Positions 13,070 to 24,500 of a stretch of DNA of 64,000 bases are shown piece after piece (position 1 is the stretch's first letter; the number at the start of each line of letters is the position of its first letter). The position numbers and the translations under genes are program-made. The stretch spans positions 20,770,001 to 20,834,000 of the forward strand of contig NC_045718.1 of assembly GCF_009834535.1 (NCBI RefSeq), written 5' to 3'. This stretch comes from Camelus ferus. Lineage: Eukaryota. The notes below the pieces were generated by a model. The model saw only the letters and a program-made list of their open reading frames with translations. It ran no database searches and was not told the origin of the DNA.

Positions 13070-14000
13070 GGCTGGTTTCATGAGTGTGCAACCAGTGAAG
13101 TCACACAGGGCCCTCATGTAGGAGGTCCTGGCATTCAGAAGGGCTGGCTCTGTGCTTGCAGTCTCGAAATTCTTAATAATTGTTGTTGAATTTGTGTTTT
13201 ATAAGTCAAGTCTGATGAGACAGTGGCACTTGTGTGGGGCTAGAGCCTCAGCTCAAGCGTGGTCCCATCTCCTGCGGCCAGTTCTCCCACCTCTGGTGCA
13301 CCAGATCCTGTCCAGCCTCCCCTGCCTGCCTGCTCCCAGTGACCACCGCCACATTCTGCTTCCAGAAGGGACCTGGACCTGGGAAAGGAAGGCTCAGGGT
13401 TGGGTGCTGGTCCCCAGAAATCTCAGGACAGGGGATGGTAGCAGCTGCCTTTCCCCACTCCTGAGCCTGGCAGCCCCATAAATGGCTGGTGGGCAGCCAG
13501 CTGGAGACCTGACTGAAGTACAAAATAAGTCCCAGTTTGGAGGAGTAAGATGCTTGGGGGTGACCTACATGTCATGGTTGGGGCTGTGAGCTCGACTTCT
13601 CCGACCTTGGGCAGTGTGCAGAGCACGCACCAGAGTCACGGGTCCCGCTGCCTGTCACTGGCACGTGTCTCTTCCGGCCAGCCTGAAGCAACCTCCCGGA
13701 TGAGTCACAAAGTATTATATAATTTCAGCGAGTCTACAAATGAGCTAACTGTGCTATTTGCATTTAAAACCAGCATTGCACGATATCAAAGACCAATAGT
13801 AAAATTCATGCTCATAATTTGAAATTTCAATTTTTCTTTACTTATAAAGTTAAATAGCAAATAACACAATAAGCAGAGAGACCTTGGAAGAAATGACAAG
13901 ACTTTCTCTGTACCTTTAATGGTATTTGTTTCCTGCTTTTTGAACAAGAAGCCCCACATTTTTTATTTTGCATGGGGCCTTGAAAATTATATACAACATT
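13070..14000 (+). mobile_element. MER45B-like hAT-Tip100 element
   Basis: 5' end GGGCTGGTTTCATGAGTGTGCAACC...GAAATTCTTAATAATT; 3' end GAACAAGAAGCCCCACATTTTTATTTTGCATGGGGCC. Confidence 0.7.
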
Positions 14001-14367
14001 TACATCAAAATGGTCCTGTTAGGATTAATCTGTGGGCATAACATAAGGCATGGGAATCGGTTACTGACTGTTTCAATAATATCATGTCTTTGATGGAACT
14101 ACATTATCAACTGTGTATTAAACCTGTAAATAAAATAGCTAATAAAGGAGCTATTCCTTCTCATTTATTATAACCCTTCATAACTTGGTCTTATTTCATT
14201 AAGCTAAAAGGATTAGCATTGCCAGGAAAACATCACATGAAAAATGTGTTGGGCACAGCAAGGACTGCTAATTCATATTTTAAAAGTCAGACATATTTTA
14301 AAAAATCCATCAAAACCAAAGTAAGTTTTCAAGCCTTGGGTATGTTCAACAAGTGTTAGCTTAGATC

Positions 14368-14530
14368 AGGTCTCTCAAAAGTAGCGCCTGACACTTGGTT
14401 GTGGGGGGCGCTGTCCTGGGCACAGTCAGACGCAAGTAGCACCCTCCCTCCAGTCATGGCAATTAAAACTGTCTTCAGACATTGCAAATATCCCCTGGGT
14501 GGCAAAAGCGCCCCCAGTAAGAACCACTGG
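14368..14530 (+). mobile_element. MER20-like MITE just downstream of the NEK2 3' end
   Basis: GGGGGCGCTGTCCTGGGCAC...GTCTTCAGACATTGCAAATATCCCCTGGGTGGCAAAA...AGAACCACTG. Confidence 0.75.
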
Positions 14531-14679
14531 CCTGGGTGGACAAATGAGATGGGAAGTAATGTGCCCTTACAGCTCTCGGGAGCATCAGACCCCGTTCTCT
14601 CCCCTCAGTGCCTCTGAATCATAAACACAGATTCCCTCCAATGAAGAGATCAACAAATGCAAGGGGCAGAAATATAGGA

Positions 14680-15280
14680 AAACTAAAGATTCTTTTATTT
14701 AGTGAGAAAGGGGTGGGTAAAAGACAGACAGCTCATATACGGTTAAATAGAATAGAAAGGGGAAAAAATACAGACGTCACAGTGATGAATTTTCACAAAA
14801 GGTGACAGATTTACACTACAGAGCAAGGGAATATTTATAAGCTAGATGTCAAGGTATTCGTGACCAATTTGTATCCAATTAGGTCTTCTCTAAGCTCAAG
14901 AACATTTAAAACCTCAGACTTTAATCTAGACACGACAGTTACAAGCACACCATTCAGTCTTAAACTTCCCAGTAAGTGCTGCTCCTGGGTAAATATTTTT
15001 TCCTCGTATGATCCCCCCCCACCACCACCATTTAGAATATAACAGTTCGTGTTCCAGTAGTAACCACACACAGGATTAAAAGCCCAACTGGCCAAGCAAG
15101 TGTCATTCTTCAATAAAATGTTCTTTAAAAATGAAAGGCGTAGACATTTTGTACAGTTGTTGCTGAAGAACAGCAAGAGCAAGACCCAAGCAAGACAGGG
15201 GAAGGCACGGCGCACGGAACCCCGTCTGTGGCCGCAGCAGCTGGGCGCGGCTCTCGGGAGGGCTGCGTCCCGCGGCCAGG
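14680..15280 (-). other. NEK2: NEK2 3' UTR (~600 nt)
   Basis: AT-rich sequence between the stop codon and AATAAA; the distal part resembles the human NEK2 3' UTR as recalled (CACTAAATAAAAGAAT). Confidence 0.75.
14694..14699 (-). terminator. Canonical poly(A) signal AATAAA of NEK2
   Basis: + strand TTTATT at 14694-14699, about 580 nt past the stop codon. Confidence 0.8.
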
Positions 15281-15504
15281 CTAGCGCATGCCCAGGATCT
15301 GTCTGCTTTTCAGCTGGTAATTCTTTTCAATGTCGGACAGGGCTTGAGCACGAAGCTGAGCGGCATGCAGCCTTTTTTTCAGGTCTTTGCACTTGGACTT
15401 GGAAGTGAGCTGACTCTCAGAATTCTCACTCATGACGTTCTCTTTACTCTCCCCACTGAAATGAACTTTCTTCTTCATTATTGAAGATGGAAGATCAAAA
15501 AGTT
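15281..15504 (-). CDS. NEK2: NEK2 exon 8 coding part (PP1-binding KVHF, KEN box, C-terminal coiled coil, MR tail)
   Basis: Acceptor TTCTTTCTCAAG|AA; peptide [31 protein letters not shown]...[10 protein letters not shown]; TAG at 15281-15283. Confidence 0.97.
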
Positions 15505-18500
15505 CTTGAGAAAGAAAGAAGAAAAAGGGTTTTGAGTTACAAGAAGAGGAGTTCAGTCCCTCCTTACTTACCAAACTTACGAAAATATTTACTGTCAATT
15601 TCACATTTGAAATCTGGGCACCTGTCTCATTCTCTCTTGGACAGAGATGTGTTAAACAAAATTCAACTGAGTAAAAGTTAAAGATCTTACTGGCTTTATT
15701 CAGCAATTCATGAATCGGGCAGCTCCCCATCCAGCAGAGAGAAAGGAACTTTCATAGGCAGAAGGGGGTGGGATGAGAAAGTTACACTAGCAAAGAGCAG
15801 ACTGGTTGTGGCAAGGTCACATTAACTTAGGGGACAGCAGGGGTCTATGAGGCAGATGACCCCTCTGGTGCTGACCAGCTAATTCCAGATTGACTGGTTT
15901 AAGATTCCACTCCTGGGAGAGGCTGAAACTGTAATTAAGTTAGGTATTAAGTCTTGGTTTGGTGACAAGTGGCTTCATTTTGGACCTGCTGTCTCTTTTA
16001 TAACAGGTTAGGGACATGAGGTTGGTAGAAATCAGTGTGTTAACTCAGCCAAAAATCAAGGAACATATGTTTTATTCTCTTAACAATCAACTCTCCTCTG
16101 AAGGGTAAATGCACTAAGGATGACAGGCCACAATCTAGAACTCCTGGGAATCAATGTTATTTATCTCTATTCTTGACAACAAGTGCCGTTCTACCCAGAA
16201 CACGACTCCAGAACAGTATGGAAGCAGCTCTTTCTCACAGACAGCACCTACAGTTTTAGAGGAATATTCAAGGACACTTACTTCAGAGCAGCTTAACTGA
16301 CCAGAAACTTGTTTCAAAAGGAACCTAAGCAAATTCAGCAGGGTAAAAGTAAATCAAGTTAACAATGAGTGAAAAATGTGAATTGTGCTTTTAACATGAA
16401 GAAAAAATTTCCTTCAAGTGGCTACACTTCTAGCTACTGACAGAACTGTTTGGGGGTTGGGGACTTGCAGGTCTGAATCCCAGAACCTTTCTGCTTCTCC
16501 TTTGTGTTCATGGAAAGGAAACTGGTTCAAAGACTTACTGAGCTCATTGTATGGTCCATTGTGGACCAAACAAAGGCCCCACTGTGGTAGGAGGAGATAG
16601 ACCATAAACAAATAAACAGTACATATGGGGAGTATTTGAGGCTGATACGTGCTGTGGGAGGAAGTAACACTGAGAAAGGGAGACAGAGGTGCTGGGGGTG
16701 TTTGCAGTGATAAAGCCTCATAGCAAGGTGACTTCTGAGCAGAGACCTGATGAGAACGAGGACGTAAGAAGCCACGGGACTGTCCAGAGAATGTTCCAGG
16801 CCAAGGAAATGGAAAGGCCCCAAGGAAGGAGCAGGCTGCACAGAGAAGCACTGGCTCCCGACTGTCTCGACTTCCTGTTTCACACATGGTTTCCCTGCAG
16901 AGCATTTTAGGAGACTGCTTTTGGGCCTTAACTCCATTGTTTCAAGTAGATCCATCTTCGTTACCACAAACACCTACACATTTGTAAACCAATAGTGTAA
17001 AATGTAAATCTTACTAATAAGAGAGTTTTATAAGAAGGAAGAGTGTTTAGAAAAAGAATTAGTATTCCATTAAGTAGAAGAAAAGTCACTAAATAGACCG
17101 AGGAGAGCTTTAGAAAAGATGCTGTTCCTCCCTGGGACGATCTCCATCTATGTTATTTCCCTCATTTCTGAGGATGGGGAGAGGATGGTTCCAACCGTCC
17201 TGAGGTCACAAGGGCACCCCCTCCCCACTGCTCTGATGGCTATCTTAGGGCTCTGACAAGCTCAGTACTTTATTTAAATATCTCCTGCCCACACTGGACA
17301 CTCTATTCCTACAGCTCATTTTAATTATGTGCCATGATTTGCATACAGGTAGATTCTTCAAAAAAGTGAAATACATCATCCTTCTCTAGCTCTTTTCACC
17401 CTTTGCTCAAAGACTCTCCTGGCAAGATGTAAATAAACTCTTTAACTGAAGAGCCAGTCCCCAACAGGGCCTTCACTAATTCTCAGCAATGGGTTTGATG
17501 CATGAAACTCGCCCAGATAAAAATACCACTTCACTCTATCATGGTGATTGTGATCTAAGTCTAGTTCATCTTTATGGATGGCAGTGTGGAATCAAATAAA
17601 AGCTGAAATATTATAAAAATACTGAAATGGTAGACAGCAATATTGAGAAAAAAAGGTATTTACTTCCATCACTGAGAGCAGAGTGTTTGTAGATATTAAA
17701 CAATCACATTTTTTTTAAACAATCACATTTTGACATATACCTATTTCAGTTTGAATGGCAAAGATCCAAAAGTGATGGCCTATCCCACAGTTGGTTCATC
17801 ATACCTTCTATAAAGGATGTGGAAGTGTTATTTGGTCATGTGGTAACAGTAAAATGCTAGGATTTTCACTTGAAAATGGAGAGGAATGTAACGTTTTGAT
17901 AATATACCCAGAGAAAAATCTGAAATGTACAGCATTTTGTGAAAAATGACCTAATTTTTAAAAATATAGAATACTGAACATGTAGCTTGATAAAGTAAAT
18001 AAAACCAAAGATGAATTTATCCTGACTCGTTGCCTCAGGTCTCCAAACCCAGTAAGTCAGTTATTGCTAGAACAGAATTCTTACCTCCATTGCAACACAT
18101 ATATTCAACAAACTCCATCTTAAAATTCGAGACTCTATAAATTGAAAGGGCTACCAAAGTCACCCTGGGGGCAACACTAGTGCCCACATCCTCATTTGTG
18201 GCACGAGCTTCTGCTCACTGAGCTGGTTCTCATACCTGGGCTCCCCGCCAGAGACAGGAACTTCTGGTCCCTCAGCAGGCTGTAATTCTTCAACAGACTT
18301 TCTGCTCTGGCCAGTTTGTTCTCTGCCAGTCTCTCACGAACGCAAAGCTCACGTTCCTTCTCTTTAAAGAGGGAACGGAACAAGAAAGTAAGAAATTAAC
18401 AGGTGGCTCTGGGTATAAAACAATTCACATCTGGTCATCGCATCACTTTGCCTCATCACTAGGGTAGCATGTCCGACTGCCAACGAGTCCTGTTCTGTGA

Positions 18501-21500
18501 AGGGTAATGACTGTTCCCGTTTCACAGCGCAGTGTTTTAGCAATTGTACATTGTCTCAGGTTTTCTCCTGAGGACTGGTTTAAGCACAAGTACAAAGTCA
18601 GCTTCAAGCTCTGGTCATGTTGTGGGAGTAACTCATGGGGGAAAAACAAGAGGTACTGCCATCCCTGCTCTCCAGTGAAAAGGGGCAACAGTTCATTTTC
18701 TGGGCGTTTCCCGGCCACACAGTACAAACCCTCCTCCTTCTGTGTCAATGACAGCACCCAAATAGAAGGGAGAAAACCACAGCTCAGTGAGGTGGTGCTT
18801 CCTTAGAATAGTAACAAAAGCTATCATTTATTCAAGGCCCAGCATTCAGAGAGTTCAGATTTCAGCTGCCATATAAAATTACAAAACATCAGGGAAAGTT
18901 TTAATAAAAAGGTTTTGGTTGGTTGGGGTTTTTTTTGTTTGTTTTTAGACTTCTTTTGACAGAAGAGACAAAAAGAAGAGTTTCAGGTAAGCACAGGCTG
19001 TGCCTCCTACAGAGAGTGCCTCTCATGGGGACAGACAGTTACCACCAGGAAGTAAAACGCTGGTGAACGCACCTGGACGCTGTACAAGGACATTTAGATA
19101 GGAGAACATTTATGCAGTCTGCACTGGGCATCAAGGTGCAGAAGTGAACAGGTGAGACGCTGGGGCGGAAGGGGACAGTCATGGCCCACCTCTCTTCCCT
19201 CCGCAGCCTCACCGCTCGGCCGCCCTGCAGAATCCTAAACCCTGGGTAGCAACTCGCACTTAAGTGGAGGAGACAGACCTTCCAACATCAAATTAGCAGC
19301 CAATCCAACAATACCCATCGGAGTACTTAAGTATCTTGTACCCACATTCTCCGCTGAGTTGCCTGAACACATCTAGCCTCACATATGGTAGGGATTTTGT
19401 CCCGGACTGTGGTGGAACAGCCCTATCAGAAGGGAGAAGCGATGGTTTTTATTCTGGAAGGCTGCAAACTCTCAGGCATTCCTTTACAAGGGGAGAACCT
19501 CAGGGCACGTATATTAAAGAAGATGAAGGAAAGAGTAAGTGCAGGAGAGGAAGGGTGACCGTGCTGGGCTGTCAGAGTCGGTGCCCAGCAACGTAAGGGC
19601 GGCGACTGATCTCAAAACGGCCCAACACGAAGGGGCCGACAAGCTTGATTTACGTGTTTTGGTTTCGCAAGTATTTATAAAAGTGTTCTAACAGAACACA
19701 CACGTAAGATCCTCTGTTCAGACAGATCTTCCCAGACGTCAGAGCAACCTTCCTGGAGCTCTCCGCGCCCCCACACAGACTCACGCTCCAGCCTCTCCTC
19801 CCTCGCTCGGAGGGCTCGCTCCCGCTCCTGCAACTGCAACTCCTTCAGTCTCAGCTCACTCAGCGCAGGGCTGGGCTCCTGCGGCTTTTCTGGTTCTCCT
19901 ACTCGTCGCCCTCTTCTCTCAGGATTTCTTCTCTGCTCTTCCACAACCAAGTCCGCTATCAAAGGACTCTCGAGAATTTCTTCAACAGAAGGTCGGTGGT
20001 AATCCTGGGGGAAGAAACACTCAGTGTTACAGGCAGAGCTCATCATGGAACACTCATCCAGGAGAGCAGTTATGTTTGAAACGGCATCTATTTCCAAGGA
20101 AAAGAAAGACTCCTTTAGGGACGGGTCTTTTTAGTTGCAGAGCATTATAGTTCAACACCTGTACACACTGCAGAGTGACCACCACCACAAGTCCAGCTAC
20201 CACCCATCACCACACAACTCATCCCCTTCACCCAGCTCCCCCCGCAAAAAAAATACATGGGTCTTTAACACCCAAAAAGTAAGTTCACTGGTGGCTTTTG
20301 CTCATGAGGTTCTGGGTCCACAAAGTAAAGCAGATTTTAACTTATCTTTGTTCCCCTTTCAACCCAAGGCGGCTCAGTCCCTGTGCTGTGTTTGACAGCC
20401 ATCCGTATGGTCTGGTCTGCTTCAGGGCAAGTACTGCCCTCGCATCTCTAAACTGCATTAAGCAGGAGACTCTCACCGACCTTCAACCCTCTTACTTCAC
20501 CCGCTTCCTTCTCTTTGAACTCCCACAGCACTGAACACTACTCTTATGTCAGTCCCGATCCCTAGGACATCTCCTGCCCCTTCCCATAGGCCAGATTCTT
20601 TCCACAAAATATCTTTGAGTTATTTCCCCTCTAGTCCTTTTAGCCCCCCTCCGCCCACCATCTCCATCTCTAATGGTCTCTAATCTCTCAACTGAAGCTA
20701 GAATCAGAGTAATACGGTCTTATTATTTCTGGCCCCTTCCTGTAGCACCTGCCACTTTGGGGTAGGCAAGGACAAGAGGAATTGAGGATTTGGATCCTTT
20801 CTGCAGTCTTTCCTTGCTACCAACCATCTGTCAGCCTGGCAGAGTGGCAGAAGACATAAAGAAAGCGCAGAAGGTAGGCCAGCAATGTGCCAAGTATACG
20901 TGTTCTCACTTGTTAACAGAGCAGATTTAGCTAAGGAAATACAGTTAATGTTTCTTCAGGCTCATTGCTCTATGAGAGCTTATACTGCAAAATTTAACTG
21001 AGAGATAGAAACATACGATATATAATCTTATAAACTTTACCTTTAAATTTAACATCCTGGTAATAAGGTCGTTTAATTCATCAGAGTAACGATATGGAAT
21101 TCGTCTGAATTTGCCTTCTCTGATCTTCCCAGCTAGTTCTTTTTGGTTGAAAGCTGTAAATGGAGGCCTGGGGGACAAGTTTTTTCTTAATGTAAAAATG
21201 AAAATACACAATAGGAACTAAATTAAAAGCAGAATTTAAGATCCAGTTCATATCTGTTTCTACTTCTGGGATCTTCTTCTATAGCTAAGTTTCCCAACCT
21301 TGGCACAACTGACATTGGGAGTCATGTAATCCTTTCTTATGGGGGCTGTCCTGTGCATCGTTAGTATGTTCTGCAGCATCGCTAGATGCAATCAGCCAGA
21401 TGCCAGTAGTCATCCCTAGTTGTGACAACTAAACTGCCTATAGACATTGTCAAATGACCCATGGGAGGAAGGCAAAATTGGGGGGCAAAAGTCCCCTTCT

Positions 21501-24500
21501 CTGGTTGAGAACCACTGTTCTACAGAATAGTTTAGAAGGGGAAAAGAAAAAAAGAGAGAGAGAGAGAAAGAATTAGAACTCTTTCCTGTCCAAATTCCCA
21601 GACTTCTTCTCTAGATCTTTATTTAATTTCTTCCATAGGCCTGACCTATGCGCTCTCCCCTCGAGCTAAGCATCAGGCTAAGAGGGAAGTACTTACCCAG
21701 GCTGGAAGCTTGAACAAGTTAAGGTCCAGCCTCAGGGGTTATACTATTCATTAATTTGTAAATAATTTTTTAACCTGTCCATCTATCTTAATTTTAATCC
21801 AAAGTATGATTCTTTCGGACTTGAATGTATATGGACACTCAAAAAGCTGAATCCGGTGAAAGGTGACAAATCTCTTTAAGCGTAAACCTCAGACTAAAAA
21901 TCTGTCTTCATCGTACTTACATTAATGCACACAATTCATACAGCAAACAACCCAGTGACCAGATGTCCGATTTCTCATTGTAAGACATGCGATTCATTTG
22001 TTCCTTATTAAGGGGGAAGAAAGGTAAGAAAGTAGGAGTTAAAAGTTTATTTTGTTTTAAAACTTAAAAACATTTTATGTTTTATATTTGTAACAAAAAC
22101 TTCAAATACAAAAGGCTGATTCTACTTAGGTTAGATCTTTTATCACAACAACAAAAGATAGTACTTTATGCTTTATCCTTCAAATTTATAATGGAAACAA
22201 GGCAATGACCTCATCCTAACATACTTTGTCACATATAATCCATTCACTTATTTTTCATTCAAGCCTGTCTTGTTTTACTATAGGTAAGGCATTGGCAACT
22301 CAAAGGTGAACATGAGAGACCTCTACCCTCTAACCTCAAGGAATTCATAATCTAGAAACTCCATTTAAAAGAACGAGAGAAAATTCTAGAATAACATCCA
22401 GCCCACATTTAATTGGCTATAGACATAAATGGCTAATTGAATCATTTACATATTTTCCCTTAGTCCACTGTATATACCACAGCAGTAACTAATACTCTCA
22501 TTTCACAGATTAACTCTTTGCCTTTCCCCCACTCTTACAGTAACAACAGTTCCCAGTAGCTCTTATTCTCAACAAAGGGCACAGAGGCAAGTGCTGTACC
22601 AAAACCTTCAAGCGGATTCCTAGTGTTTTAAAGTCTAACAGGTGAGTCTGGTCCACATCCTGACAATCAATGCCTCAGGGAAGGCTGAACTGATCTAATC
22701 ACAAGGGCAGAAGGGAAAAGGAACAACAGAATTGCGCAGGTTTCAAATTTTCCAAGAATCACCTCTGGATAATCTTCCTTTATGTCAAAGGCTTTTATTT
22801 TGGAATCTGATCCCGTGAGAAAATGACCGTTCTGGCCTATGTCTAATCTAAGTCAAGAAACAAAATCATTAATTACTAAGTTTTATACTGTATTCAGATT
22901 AGTTAACATGACCAAAAAAGATTTAGAAAATCCTGGAAATGTTTGTGAACTGCTAAAAAAAATAAATTTCTCTCCATCCTTATCTGCTCATATTTCATAT
23001 ACAACATTTATTTATTCGAGCTTTCCAAAAGCCACTCGAAAGTCATAAACAGTTCATACCCTTTGACTCAGCAATTTCATTTTGGGAGCTGTACACCAAG
23101 GAAGTGACCAAAAAGGAAGAAAGAATAATTCCTACAAAGATATGCTTAGCAGCTCTCAGAATGGTGAGACATTTTGGAAACAAAATATCCAGCAATAGAG
23201 GAAATGGTAAGTGGGTGGACTCTGCAGCTCCACTGTAGGAAAAGGCAATAAAAAAGAACAAGCACACAAAGTTAACACTGCAAAAACACATTCTCTGAAG
23301 TGAGGGAGCCTCCTGAGCCCTGAATCTCCAAGCACAAGAATCATCTAGAGTCTGTTAAAATACAGAGTCCAAAATAAAAAGTGGTGGGGAATAAACAAAC
23401 AAAAATTGAGTGCAAAGACCTGTCCAGGGATCCAAATTCATTGGATTTGGGGTCCAGGACTCTGCATTTTAAACAATCGCTCCAGATGAGGCCCAGCTGG
23501 TGTCCAGGACCTATGGCCCTTTGGGAAATGCTGCTCTTGAGGGCAGAGGCAAAAGCTATTTCATCTTTGTAATCCCAGAGTCTAGCACTTGGTAGTCACT
23601 CAGTGAAAGCTTGACTTGTATTGCTGATAGAGGAATTTAATGGTCTGGTGGTCCATTCACAAAAATATAAATTTAAAACAAAACAGTATTGTTAATACTT
23701 GGCTATTGGATATTACTAAACAAACAAAAAAAGCTCAATTCTCTCGCAGCTGAATACTCAGCATTAAGATGTTNNNNNNNNNNNNNNNNNNNNNNNNNNN
23801 NNNNNNNNNNNNNNNNNNNNNNNNNNNNNNNNNNNNNNNNNNNNNNNNNNNNNNNNNNNNNNNNNNNNNNNNNNNNNNNNNNNNNNNNNNNNNNNNNNNN
23901 NNNNNNNNNNNNNNNNNNNNNNNNNNNNNNNNNNNNNNNNNNNNNNNNNNNNNATGACCACCATCGCTTCGTCTGTGACATTCCTTTAGGGCCAGGGTCA
24001 ACTGGGTCATCACTCGAAGAACAAACTCTTCATCTAAGTACTGTCTGAAATCAAAGCAGTTTCATAGCATGTAATTTCTGAATAAAACCATTACAGAGAT
24101 GAGATGATGAGAGTCACCTAATTTTCAAAGTGTACACATAGGGAAATAAATTATTTTCATACAAAATACAGGTGCTGATTTACCAGGGATATTCTAAACT
24201 ACTGTGGACCCACTAAACAAACACAAGAACACTCTTCCACATCACTGAGTACTTTGTCCCTGATCCTAAACAGGATGCTTAACAGAAACAAAACTAGGCC
24301 CATTTAAAAGATTCATTTACCTTTCCTTGGTTCCCTTTGAAATTACACTAGCCAGGTCCCCCCCTTCGCAATATTCCATTACAATGTACAGTGTTGTGTT
24401 GGTCCGGTCAATAATTCTATCATAGTATCGGACAATGTTTGGATGCTTCAGCTCACGGAGCAAATTCACTTCAGAAACAAGCATTTGTTTCTCAGCTTCT

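Noticed and set aside
1-14300. Exons of neighbouring genes (SLC30A1 and LPGAT1 flank NEK2 in human, as recalled) or an alternative downstream NEK2 terminal exon
   Set aside because: No recognisable coding exon was found on either side of NEK2 in this window; an alternative last exon or lncRNA cannot be identified without transcript data.
23689-24048. ORFs containing long X runs (also 43607-44114)
   Set aside because: Artefacts of translating through N gaps; only the minus-strand NEK2 exon 3 frame is real.
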